Of a DNA stretch of 64,000 nucleotides, positions 40,342 through 53,274 are shown one piece after another (position 1 is the first letter of the stretch; each line of letters begins with the position of its first letter). The DNA lies in the NCBI GenBank assembly GCA_001643675.2, contig LSRY02000042.1:124001-188000 (forward strand), given 5' to 3'. Position numbers and translations under genes: made by a program. The notes beneath the pieces are model-generated. The model saw nothing but the letters and a program-made list of their open reading frames with translations, made no database searches and was not told the DNA's origin. This stretch comes from Monocercomonoides exilis PA203. Its lineage: Eukaryota; Protista; Preaxostyla.

Positions 40342-43300
40342 TTAATCAGAAATCAGAGAATTAGAAAAAGCACATGAACGGCAGGAATTATCAAAATAGT
40401 TACAAAAATGGTTATTACTACGAACAGAATCACGGTTAGCTACAACATGCGTGGATTTAATACTTGAAAATTTTGAACCACAAGAACAAGAATTTAAAAC
40501 AGAACAATCTCGAATTAATGAGCATCTTTTATTCAATAAATTTTCTGTAATTTTTGATAAAGAGGCAGTGTTTGCAGTTTTCATTTGATATGAAAAAGGT
40601 TTTCTTTCACTGGATAATTTTTCCTTTTTTGCAACCATTTCAATATCAATCAGAACCCTTTGTGAAGTCAAGCTAACTGCTGATGCGAAAACATGCTTCC
40701 CTTTTTTTTCAAAAAATAAATAGTTCCTCATGCATTTGATTGTAAGTGAAGGCGAAATACAAATATCACTCGGTATATATTCTTCGAAGAATCGTTCATT
40801 ACAGGATGACATTTGATGATTGAACGATGACGATGATTTGTTTCCTTTCAAATTGTTATGAAATGAGAAAGAATTTTGAGAAGAAGCTGCAGAATCGAAA
40901 TGATGAGTGAAAAATGAAATCAAATCTTGAATTGTTTCAATATTTAAATTCGAAGAGTTGTTAATCACATTTGTAAATGTACCAAATTCACCATCGCAGA
41001 CATTTTTACCATGATGTTCTGCAAAGAAGTTGATTTCAGTTCGAATTTTTCTGAATACACGTGAATGAGTGGATAAAATGAAATGGAGAAGAAACCTATT
41101 ACGATTGTGAGGGCCAGCGTCACAGAAAAACTTTATAGTTTTGGCATTTTTGTAGAACTCCCTTCGAAAAACAGACTCCAGACATTCGATTACAAATCTG
41201 AAGTCGTTTGAAAGACAAGTGGAGAAAAAATTGAATGTTTTTTTGGATATGACGTTGTTGATAAGTTGGAAGGTGATCACTGAGAATTGAGAGATTTGCT
41301 GATGATTAAAAAATTCCTGTTGAAGTTGATTTTGACGAATTGGAATCATCCATTTTTCCTAAAAATCGAATATACAGACTATTTCTCCTTCTTTTATATT
41401 TCTAACACTTTCATTGAAATATTGCCTTTGCAATTGTGCGAATAATTGATGCTTTTTCAAGACTTCAATTGTGTTAATTTCATTTTTTGATGGTATTCTT
41501 TGGTGAGAAGATGACATCAGCCTTTTTTTTATTTTCTCCAATTACTGACAATATTTACATAAATCAGTCCTTCTTTTAAATTTGATGAAGTTTTTTGTGA
41601 GTTTGTAAAAATAAGATAAAGACAGTTTAATGTTTGTTTCTTCAACAAAGTGTTTCCATAACTCTTTCTTCGTTTGAAAAATCAAACGTTTTTCAAAAGG
41701 AGGAAATATTAGAGGGATATGTTTTGACTTGGAAAACAAATACTGTTGAAGAAAAGTTGAAGATGAATTAAAAGAAGCAGATGATAAGGAGTTACCATTG
41801 ATTGATGAGAATTGAGCTCCTTTTGAAACAGATGAGATATTGAAGAGTTTTGATGAAGAATTTATAGTAGAATTAAGAGAGGAAGAGAATGCAAGAGTTG
41901 AGGATTTCTTTTTATTAAATGAATATGACAAAGAGTTGATTGCTTTATTATTATTATGATGTGTTAAGTGAATTGATTTGTTCGGTTCTTGTTTTGTGGA
42001 ATTGTTGTTTTCATTTGAATATTATGCAATGGAAGAACATGACGGTTTCCTCGAACAAAACAAATGAGTTGTGAGATGTGAGTTTATGTTGTCTGAAATA
42101 TTTGAATGAGAAAGGATATTCGATGAACTTTCAATTGATTGCAACGAATGGTGAAATGGATCCATCACAACATTTTGAGCTTTTGGTGAAAGAACTAGGT
42201 GAGGTGATTTCGAAGAAGCATTTCCTTTTGTTGAAGCGTAATTCTACATCAGAACATTGTTTGACATGTGTGGACTGATTGAGTGAATAGTGGAATGTGA
42301 AATGATTTCTTCATTAAACAGGTCAACAACACTTTTAACATCATCTTCAATTTCATTTGTTGTTCTTAAATCCCTCCTTGTTTTGTCTTTCAAAATTGAT
42401 GCGTCTTCCAATGAATTTCCAACTGAATAAATTGAGGTGAAAATGTGATTGTTGTTGGAATTAAGCTTTTGAGAAGGTGAAGTTGACAAAGTTGAAGTGA
42501 AATTTGCAGGAGGTAAAAATGATGCATGTGAGGATAATAAATATTTTCCTGGATTTGATAAAAAAGAAACAGATGAATTGAAAGGATTTGGATTATGATC
42601 AAAGAATAATGTTGTCGATTTCCCGTTTTTATCAGTTGTTGAAAGATGGAGATTTCCTATTGGTTGAAATGAAGATTGAATTGAAGAAGATGATGAACAT
42701 GAAATGTTTAAAGAGTTGCAATTTTTTGGTTTATAATTTGGATAATTAGAAGAAATTGTTTGTTGAGTTTCGAACGGTTGAGATGAAAAGTCAATTGATT
42801 TTGTTAACCGATTTAAAGAAATATCATCAATTCCGCCTTTGAACAAATTGTAAATGTGAGAGGAAGATTCTTCAATTAAATAAAGTGAAAATGATGGTCA
42901 AAATCCTTCATTGAACAATGATTTCCATCTGGAATTATATTCTACTTTTCTCACAGAACGAGTTCAAGCATCATTGCATATGGTCCAATATTCTATTGAT
43001 CCATCCTTTGAAAGAACAAATGAAATGTAGTGGCCATGGTATTGGTCTATTCATTTGAAAAGAATTTGTCCCATAAACATATAACATGCATTTTGCATTG
43101 ATTTCACTGAAGGATTGATTCTTGAAAAATGTTCGTTGCACGACTTGTGAACTGTTTGACAGTTATTTTCATCTGAATCAATAATTATCATCTTTGGGGG
43201 AATGACGTTAGGAAAATAATTGTATTCGTGAGATATGCCTAATAGTTTCGGAAATTTTGTTATTTCATTCCATTTTTGAAATTCACACTTATCCTTACAT

Positions 43301-45133
43301 ATTTCACAGAACACTCTATTTGGGTGCCTCATTTTTTCTTTCGAAAAAAATTTGATGAATCCTGTGTAAATTGAAGAATCGTTGATAATCACATAATTAG
43401 AAAAACCTAAATTACTTGACGACAAAGTGCCGCATTTCAAACATTTCTTGTGAACTGACCCATCCACGCTCGTCCATTGTTTGTCAACCAAATCGTCTTT
43501 CAAAAGCATTTCCATTAAATGATCAAATGCTTCACAAACATTTTGCTGCTGTCTTTTGCCTCGCGAAAACGAAATGTCCCACTAATCAATTAATTCTGAT
43601 GTCCAAGATGAAATAGGAAAGTGATTGCAGATGAGCTCATTGCAAACGTTTATCAACTCCGCAGAAATGCCACTTCTCACGTTGCATAATTCCTTTTTAA
43701 TGCCGGAATGTATTACAGTTGATAAACATTGAAGAAGTGATGAAAGATAACAAGTGTTCCCTAGATTTCTAAGCCCCAACCTTTTGGTAAAGTGATAATC
43801 ACTATTAACAATCGGTTGCTCTTTGATTACAATTGATTTATCAGTTTTTATTTCATCGTTTTCGTTCCTTTTTTTTGTTTCTTTGTCTTCTTTGCTGATA
43901 TTTGAGTTCGTTGAATCAAAACACGTTTCACTCCGAGAACAGGTTTTATTTTCTTGTATTGATTCAGTGTTTTTCGTGACCTTTTGAAGAAGAATTGGTG
44001 AAACGAATGGAGATGTTGATGCAGGATTGAAATATCTTTCTTTTCGAACATCGTGATGAAGCATTAATATTGAACTTGAAGAATTCGTGCTTATTGAATG
44101 ATCTAATTTTTTGATTTCAAATGTTTTAGCATTTTGAAATTTTGAATTCTTTTCTTCAAAATATCGAAGTTCATGAGGCTTCACAAGTGTTGGCGAAGGA
44201 GGAGCAAGAAGAAGATTTCCATCATCAATATTCAGGTTCTTGACTGACAAATTACTAGATGGAAAGGATTTTCTGTTGACATTTTTTGACTGATCAGTAT
44301 TTTAGTTAGCATGTCGATGTTGTTTATTATCTTTTATGTGAGTAACATGATGATCTATTTCCGATTTCGTAATGTTAATATGCAATTTGGGTTTCAAATT
44401 GAGTTCCGGCTTTATCTTTATTTCTTTATTCCATATTTCTTCGTCCAAGCTCTCTTCATAATTTTCATATTTTTGCTTTTTCTTTTTCGTAATTGATAAC
44501 GAAGTTTCTGATGAATGGTTTTTCATCCATTCATTCCCCACGCACCAATCTGAATAACTCAAGCCTTTGGAAAATAAAAATCAAACACGATCACAGAAAT
44601 GAAATTTTTTAAAAACCAAATACCTTTTCTACGTGAAGGAATTTTAGGAGGAATGGGGATTTTTATTTCGTCTTGGTTTTTTTTTCTCGTTTGCTTTGCA
44701 TGATTTATTTTTCCTTGGGTTACGTCATACCCAAAGGAAAGCAAACGATCGTAATTGTGATGTTTTGATAAGGCTTGCAACATTGTCGTTTGAGTGTGAA
44801 TTGGGGCGTTATTGTAGGCTGTTGCTAACTCTTCAAGAAGTTCATGATACTCTCCTATTTTCATGTTTGCATTTAATAATAATTAAAACAAATCATTATA
44901 AAAGAGCATATTAATGAATTTTCACATAACTTTGAAATCAAAAAATAATGAACCACACCATTCAGCCTCTTTTTTACTTCTTCCGCAAAGGATGCTGCGC
45001 GGCGATAGCTTTCGAGGATATACAACAACAGTTCCACCTTGTCCTTTCCCCTAATGCGCTCAACCTCTGCCCACAAAACATCTGCTCTTGAATGAAGAGT
45101 TGATCGTTGAAGATTTGATGTTGAAAAATTCAT
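40342..45133 (-). pseudogene. Sola-like DDD transposase with embedded ubiquitin-specific protease (peptidase C19) domain; complement(join(40342..44564,44624..44854,44959..45133)), about 9 in-frame stops
   Basis: Catalytic IVCIFDF, KFFCDAGPHNRN and INFFAEHHGKNVCDGEFG (DD41D). Pre-catalytic KKELWKHF..LSLSYFYKL..DLCKYC. USP Cys box GLRNLGNTCYLSSLLQCL, QQQNVCEAF box and His box HGHYISFV..WTICND. All ORFs from 44562 to 40342 share one frame, and two GT-AG introns splice in frame. Confidence 0.85.
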
Positions 45134-46354
45134 TATAATTGCAACCTTCTTATGGGTGAAAGATTTTTTTCTTTGAAGAAAAGCAAAAAGATAATAAATA
45201 AATATCCTCTTGAAATTAATTAAAACAAATTCTGCTTTGAAAATTTTATAAAATATAATATTCGCATTCAACTTAGGAAGCAGTACAATTGAAATGCATT
45301 TTTCTGATTTTGACAATTATTGATCAATATGGAATCATTGTTATTCAATAGCAATGAACGTAAATGAATATTTGTTTTTTCAGAAGGATTAATGAAATCA
45401 GCAGCTGGAGAAGAATTTGGTAGTTGTTTTAGATATGAAAGGATTATTTCACACAACACTCCACGGGAACAGTGGATAAAAGAAGTTCATTCTCTTGAAT
45501 CACTATTTGAAAACACTCTTTCCAAAAAAGGTTAATGAAAAATAGGAGAATAAGAGGATGAGAAAATTTTGAGTGAAATACATGAAACTGTGATATTTCA
45601 AAAATATAAATGTAGTGCTTGAAGAAGGAAGAACGCGATTATTGAAAAGAGGAATTTTCAAATATCTGTTTCGAACGGAACCAGGAAAAGAAATACGAGT
45701 CAAATGCTTCGTAAGTATTTGTTCACCTCTCTTGAAATATAAACGCTTATAGCGTCTGCCGACAGAACTCTCAATGCAAAAGCACGCTTCGAAAATGGAG
45801 AAGCAGAATATGCTGGAAGTTGTTTGAAGGTCGGCTCTCGGATTACCAGACTATCAAGCATGACAAGATCTGCGAACAGCTATGTGAATGGTCGTGTGAA
45901 ACAAGGAATACAGAGATGACAAGCATAAGGTCTAACTGACAAAGTGATTTTGGGGGTAGCATCCATTTTTGCCACATGAAGAGCACAATACACAGCTGTC
46001 TCCAGAATATGCGTTGTTCAAAAGAATTCCCACAGCTTCTTTCGTCACAAAAAGCGTCCACAACTTGTGCAAACAGGAAAACTATCTCCTGAGACATGCA
46101 TCCTCGTGCTGGACAATTCACAAATGTTTTTTTATCCACTTCATCATTGTCACTTCCGTTCCTTTTTCCATCTTCAATCTTTTTTGATGATGAAGAAAGA
46201 AATGATTGTTTTTATTTTGATATTTCTTCAAATGTTCCACTCATTTCAATTGGTATTGGAGACGAAGAGAATAAGGCAGTATGTTTCTTATCTTTTGTTT
46301 TTGCTTTCACTTAATTGAGAAAAGGAAGCTTCTTCAGATCCTCAGAAAATGTTA

Positions 46355-48929
46355 CCATCGGTGCTTGACCCGCCCCCTGGTGCCAAACCCGCCCCCTCTC
46401 AATGAAGCATTCTGTTGTTTTTTATTATAATGAACAATAGAAATAAAAACATTTCAAAAACAATCGAAATTGTGTAAAATAATGAAAGAACAATCGTTAT
46501 TTTTCTTCATCATGTCTTCTTCCAGTGAATGTTGCTATTTTATATTTCATTCACATATTTGATTTTCTGCAAAAATTTTGAAAGTTGATAATTTCAGTTT
46601 CAATAAAGATATATATTTCCAAAATATCAAACCATGCATCTGAAAAGGATTGCCTATGACAGAAACGTTAATTTTGATAATTCTGAAGAAATTGATCATT
46701 CCCTATTTTGATGACTGAAAAACTTGAATTATCATCAACTCAGTTGCACAGAGTTCTTGCAACTATGGAATATCGCTAATTCAAATCCCCCTCGAAAAAG
46801 CTTTTCGTGATTCGACAAAGTTTTAAAGTTAAATATTCAACTGCCATTAAAGCAAAAGTTGTGTCAAAAGATGCATGGAAAAGAGGGACAAGAGCGAAAA
46901 GAGCTGGCAGAGAGATAGGAATGAATGGACATCCAAAAATATTCACAGACAACCAGTTGGAAACAATCGAAAACCAAGTTTTGGTTCTTTTATCTAACCA
47001 AACAATTGTTCGAATTCGTGATGTGCAAAACATGGTTTGTAATATTTTTTTCATGTTTTTTCTAACTTTTTTGAATGTTTCAGTGTGTCTATCTGATTGA
47101 AAATGAGCCAAAATCAAAGAATGAATTGAAAATGATTAATAAAATATAAACATACAAATTTATTCAACGAAGCGAAATTTTGAAAGCCGCTATCGCAAGA
47201 CCAATAGAAGTTGCAAAAATTTAATCACAGTCTCATGAAAACATTAGTGGATGATTTTCAGAACTTTTCAACAAAATTTCGAACTATTTCAAAACATCAT
47301 CCGATATATACAATTGCGACGAATCTTCAATCACTTGCGGGGAATCTTCATCAAAATAAGTTGTTTGCTTCAAAGATCAAACTCCTCCAGCCGTTCCATC
47401 GCCTCCAAAAGAACAGAATGCCACAGTTTGCCTCTGTGTCTGCGCTGACGGATCATCGTTGCCTCGTTTTCTTCTTTTCCCTAAGAAAACTCTCCCGAAA
47501 GAGTTTCGTTCTCTTTCATCATTTGATATCAGATATATTAATTCCTCTTCGGTGTGGATTTCGAAGGAAATCTTCAGACATATCATGATCAATTGTTGGA
47601 TTCCATTAATCGCAGAGAAAGTTAAACAATCCAGCTCACATCGCGCCCTTCTGTTGATGGACAATCATTCAACACATAATGATGAATATGTAATTGAAGC
47701 CGCTGAAAAAAACAACATCATTTTGAAGCGATTCCCACACAACATGACACACTCACTTCAACCGTGCGATTCCTGTATCTTTTCTCGACTGAAATCAACA
47801 TTGGACAACAAATTTGTCATTCCATCTCCATTCTCCCTCTCTTCTTATCGAACACAACTCGCAGAAGTTCCTCCTGAAGCCTTGGCAGCTGCATGTACAC
47901 CTTCAACAATAAAAGCGGCATTCATAAAGACAGGGGTTTGGCCAGTTGCAGCAGCTCCTGTGCTCTCAAGAGTAGCAGGAGCACCAATGGAAACATCTGC
48001 ATTGAAAGAAGATCTTCATTCTTCGTCTCAAGATTGGCGTGAAGAACTTTTTGGAAGCTATTCTCCACTAAAAAGGCAAAGTGTTTCAGCTTCATCAAAA
48101 CCATCAGATATTCATGCTACAGAAAAAGCAAACTCAGCAAAATCAACTTCATCGAACAAACCGACCTGTTCTTCTCAGTCTGATGATCACGAATTAAATT
48201 CAACAACAATTATTGAAGATTTGGATAGCTTTGAATTGAAAAAAACAACTTGAAGATGCTGAAAAGCATCTTGCATTTCTTCGATCGATATATAAAGAAA
48301 TTGAAAATTCAAAAGCTTCTTCGACTTCTTCAACTTTGAAAACAAGGCATTCTCGAAAAGAATTCTTCATTCTTTTGTCAAGCTCTTCTTCAAATGAAGA
48401 TGAAAGAGAAAGAAAACAGAAAAAGAAAAAGAAAATTTATGAAATTAAAGATGATGATGTTAGTGGAGGGAGCGACTCAGAGAAAGGAAGAAATATGGAA
48501 AACGAAAAGCCAATTCTAAGAGCAGTTTCACCTGATTTTAGTTAAAAATAAATTGAATTTCGCAAGAAATATTATTCTTCGTTGTCGTTGTAGTTTCTTT
48601 CTATCTATCTTTCTTTCTATAATAAAAAAGTTTGGAACCGCGAAATGTTGAGATCAATAAAGAAAAACAAGTGTATAATGTTTTTGCTGTCCTCACTTCT
48701 AGCAACAATGGAGAATACTTTGTTCAAAGTTAATTTGAAGATGGATATTTAACTGTTTATAAACTTTTGCACAGTGTTTGTATACAGTCATTTCATTTCA
48801 ATCTTATATTCCTTTTCTTTTTTTTATCGAACATGAAGAAATCTGTAGAAATAAAAACAATAATATTTGTGTTTTGCAAGATTGACAGGGGGCGGGTTTG
48901 GAACCAGGGTGCGGGTTAAGCACCGATGG
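46355..48929 (+). mobile_element. pogo-like DDE_1 DNA transposon, decayed
   Basis: 49-bp GC-rich TIRs CCATCGGTGCTTGACCCGCCCCCTGG.. (46355-46403 and 48881-48929) with TA on both sides. Transposase remnants at 46710-48545: YNCDES, LCVCADG, LLMDNHSTH, PHNMTHSLQPCD, FIKTGVWP. Putative intron 47035-47083. Confidence 0.9.
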
Positions 48930-49489
48930 TACCTCTTTTGTTGAATTCAAAATGTTACAACAATGGATATGATTCATTGTTATTATCATATCCTTCTTCC
49001 TTGACTTCTAATTTTCGCTTTTTTCCTCTTCCTCTTCCTCTTCCTCTTCCTCTTTTCTCCTTCGTTCAATGCCATCTTTAACGGTGACTGTCTTTTCGTT
49101 GCGTTCATTTGCCTGCTCATCTTCTGCTTCACTTAACTTCATCTTCTGTTTGATCAACACTATTCCTGCAGATACAAATAATTCATTCTCCAAGGAGGGC
49201 TCAATCACTTTCTTGTCAGCTTTGGCCTCCTTTTTCCATTCCTCCGCTTCTTCTTCTTCTTCTTCTTATGAAACCATCTCCTCTTCTCTCTTCTCCTCCA
49301 AAAGATCCACTCTTGCGCACTCTTGCTCTAAATGGAAAATCGAAAGTTCTGTTTTATTAGTTGAAAAGGCAGGTATGATAAAGAGACTGGATGTCTGCCG
49401 AAGCAACATCCACAGTTGCTTCAAGCTCTGCTTTCTTTCTGCTGATGATTTGGAATGGATCTTTGTCTTTTGAGAAGGTGAAAAAGAAG

Positions 49490-51233
49490 AAGAAGATAGA
49501 TAGAACTGGCTCAGAGAACAATGGTTTTGAGACATTCATATTAATGATCTCCACACCAACCATCAACAGTTGCGATAGCGGAACTATTAACGCTGACGCC
49601 ACATCACGTTTCCTGAAGAAATATTCGCGGCGATCACAACATCCTCCAATGAGAGTCACCCACTCCCATCAGATACCACAACCACACTCGGTGAAGTTTC
49701 TGCTCTAGAGTCACAATCAACTCTCAAATAACTCATTCCAATATGGTCTGTCGAAACACTGAACGGCGTTCCTGCTGCTGATGGAGATGAAAGTGCCCCT
49801 GTTCCAATGACTGAAATCTTCTTTGATCCAATCTCAACTGTTGCTATCTCGCTTGCGTGATTCCCTTCCATCAGTGTGACTGACAGACTCACATGAATAA
49901 CGCTCTTTTCAACTGCAACACCAATGGTTCTGCATGCACTTGACTCATCCAATCCACAAAACTCTTCTGCGTTTCCTCCGCTCACAGCCACAAATCGATT
50001 GAGAATCCCTTTTTTTAGCCAATCCTTCTTATCTGTATGCAGATATGCCCACTCACTGGTCCAATATCCGTAGCACACCCTCTGGTCATCTGTGTTTGTG
50101 GTGTAACATTCCTTGAACGGATTATTTTGAGATAAATATAAATTGTTATTATCGTAATATATCATATCATGCCCATACGGAGTAGAAGTTGTTCTGCACT
50201 TGCATTCATGGAAGAACAAAAAATAACAATAAATTTTATCATTTGGTGCTGTTGCTCCATTTGGATGAAAATATAATCCTCCTCCATTTGCAGTTGCTGA
50301 ACATGAAATGAACTGAATGCTCCTCATTTTGAACTGAGTTGAAGGGATATTTACACAATACATGCCTCCACCCCCATTGTTTGTCAATGAGCATGAAGTG
50401 AAACTGCAGTCAAACACACACGCACTTTCCCCTTCTCCATTTTCTGTTCCAATGCAATCTGTTCCTGAAACCTGAAAATTATCAAGATAAAGTCCTCCTC
50501 CACCACTTCTTGCTTTGCAAGTCTGGAATTCACATCCGCTGATCCGAACACACGATGAAATTACATATATGCACATTTCTCCTCCAATCCATGTTTGAGC
50601 AGTGCATGCATTGAATGTGTTATTTGGAATATCAACCGATTTGATGTTGTAGCAATTTATGCCGCCGCCTGCATAATGGGCATAGCAGTTGCTGAAAGTG
50701 CAATGAGAAACAGACACAAAGGCATTTGATTGACTGAACATGCAGATAGCCCCGCCACTTGACATTCCATCCGACCATGAAACGCTTTCTCCTGTTATCC
50801 TCGATCCGTTCCACTCACACCAAGTGAATGAGTTTGCTCCATTTTCCGTTATGTTCTGCCTCCCTGGAGCCAGCCTATTAGTTTTAGTTCCGGTGCATTC
50901 AACATTTCTTGTCCTGCAGCATCCGATGAATGATGTGTTTGAGGCAGACAATGAAGCTAAAGGATTGTTCAGAGAGGGAACAATTCCGCCATCATATGCA
51001 TCACAGACCGATGAGAATGAGCAGCTACTCATAAAACATGTGGTTTGGGTTGACATAGTTGCTGTAGATGAACATGCATCATTTGCTGTTGAGATGTTGA
51101 AAAATGTCAGGAGAGAGAGATACAAGTGGCATTGAGGGTGATGAGAGGAATGCGGCTGAAGATGAGATAAGAGATTCGCATATCGAAACACTTCCTTCTT
51201 TGCCTCCTTCTCTTCCCCTTGCTCTTGTTGCAA
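49490..51233 (-). pseudogene. Expanded-family right-handed beta-helix/pectin-lyase-like protein with GGA/GGG repeats; truncated
   Basis: 525-aa ORF with recurring FxxCxAxxxGGG[IL]Y motifs. After the stop at 49656 the coding-like sequence continues with a frameshift (LSLEDVVI..VPLSQLLMVGVEIINMNVSKPLFSEP). Confidence 0.75.
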
Positions 51234-52484
51234 TTAAACTATATATCCTAATGTGGTCGTATCCCTTTTCCTGCATTTTGCACCTTCTTCATCGTCTGCT
51301 TTCCCCATATCCCTTTTTCTTCTGTTGTAATCTTCTGCTTGTTTTCAAAAATCCATTTTCTTTCATTGCTTTTGAATGTTCGCGCAAAAGCCCCTATTAT
51401 TATTTTTAAAAGATATTCAATAATACAAAAATAAAAATACAAAAATACAAAATAATAATAATAATAATAATCATAATCATAATAATAATAATAATAATAA
51501 TAACATAATATGAAATATGAAAAACTCTGTACCATCTTCTTTTTGAAATCTTCCGCTTCACCGTTCGCCTCTTCCTCTTTTTCTCCTCAAATTCATATCA
51601 AATATCTTCTTCAACCATTTCTTCAATTTTCTGATTTTTCTTTAATCACATCTCCTTCTTTTCAAATCGCAGCAAAGATCATTAATTCCCTCCTCTTCTA
51701 TCAATTTCGTTTATTTCCTCTTGCTCATTCATCTATATACCCGTTATTCGTCTCTTTCTGCAATCTTTTTGCAATGCATGTGCTTGCATTCGCATTATCC
51801 CAGTGATAATCATAATACCTGAATAATGAAATGAAATCAAGAAAATATATTACAGTCCTAAAAAATAAAATGATGAGATTTCAAAAAATTAAAAAAACGA
51901 AGAGAGAAAGAAAAGATGAAAGAAAGAAAGAATAATATTGCACACATCCAAAATATGCATAAATTTTGCAGCATCTTTTTCAACTCATCAAATCGAGAAT
52001 CTTCTTCGACGTCTTCCGTTATTCCCTCATTTCCCCCATCACAATCTCGCAACCCTCTCTTCTCTTTTCACCTTATTCAATCCATCCCTTCCTCTTCTGC
52101 AGCATGTCCTCCTTTTCCCTCTTCCGTTTTCCTCTCAAATCTTTCTGAAGTCTCCGAAAATACCAGCGGATAAAGTAATAATCCTAATTATTTCCGCAGT
52201 TTCACCAAAAAGCTTCTCTTGTTCATGTTTCTGCTTCTCTCTCCTCAATCTCTCTTCAAAACAGTCTCCATTTATGCTTTTCTACGCCTTCCTATGCCTC
52301 ATCTTCCTCGTCTGCCTCGTCTCCTCCAAAACAAATCCAAACTCTCTTTTGATGAGCAGCATCCACTGCGCGCAAACACCAATAGATGCATCGAGCAAAA
52401 TGCTTCATTCTCTAGTAAAAAATGATATTCAAGCAGAGGAGACCGCAATAGCAGAGGATAAAAGTTGATGATATCTTTCCTCTC

Positions 52485-53241
52485 TCATTTGCCGAACTCA
52501 GAAATACCCTTAACAGTTTCAGCGAAACAGAAATAAATAAAAAGAGCACAGAAATGAAGACGATGGGGGAAAAGCAAACCAAATTGTGATGAAGAAGAAG
52601 ACGAAGACGAAGAAGAAGAAGAAGGAGAAGGAGAAGGAGAAGGAGAAGGAGAAGGAGAAGGAGAAGGAGAAGGAGAAGGAGAAGGAGAAGGAGAAGGAGA
52701 AGGAGAAGGAGAAGGAGAAGGAGAAGGAGAAGGAGAAGGAGAAGGAGAAGGAGAAGGAGAAGGAGAAGGAGAAGGAGAAGGAGAAGGAGAAGGAGAAGGA
52801 GAAGGAGAAGGAGAAGGAGAAGGAGAAGGAGAAGGAGAAGGAGAAGGAGAAGGAGAAGGAGAAGGAGAAGGAGAAGGAGAAGGAGAAGGAGAAGGAGAAG
52901 GAGAAGGAGAAGGAGAAGGAGAAGGAGAAGGAGAAGGAGAAGGAGAAGGAGAAGGAGAAGGAGAAGGAGAAGGAGAAGGAGAAGGAGAAGGAGAAGGAGA
53001 AGGAGAAGGAGAAGGAGAAGGAGAAGGAGAAGGAGAAGGAGAAGGAGAAGGAGAAGGAGAAGGAGAAGGAGAAGGAGAAGGAGAAGGAGAAGGAGAAGGA
53101 GAAGGAGAAGGAGAAGGAGAAGGAGAAGGAGAAGGAGAAGGAGAAGGAGAAGGAGAAGGAGAAGGAGAAGGAGAAGGAGAAGGAGAAGGAGAAGGAGAAG
53201 GAGAAGGAGAAGGAGAAGGAGAAGGAGAAGGAGAAGGAGAA

Positions 53242-53274
<33 letters not shown>

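Noticed and set aside
40342-44564. Alternative genetic code (stop reassignment) as the explanation for about 9 in-frame stops without frameshift
   Set aside because: TAA, TAG and TGA all occur as interruptions, and the Helitron and YR genes run for hundreds of codons without TAA/TAG. Point-mutation decay is simpler.
45489-45503. Possible TIR partner for 40141-40155 bounding the Sola element
   Set aside because: Only about 11 of 15 positions match in AT-rich DNA and there is no convincing TSD, so the element ends remain undefined.
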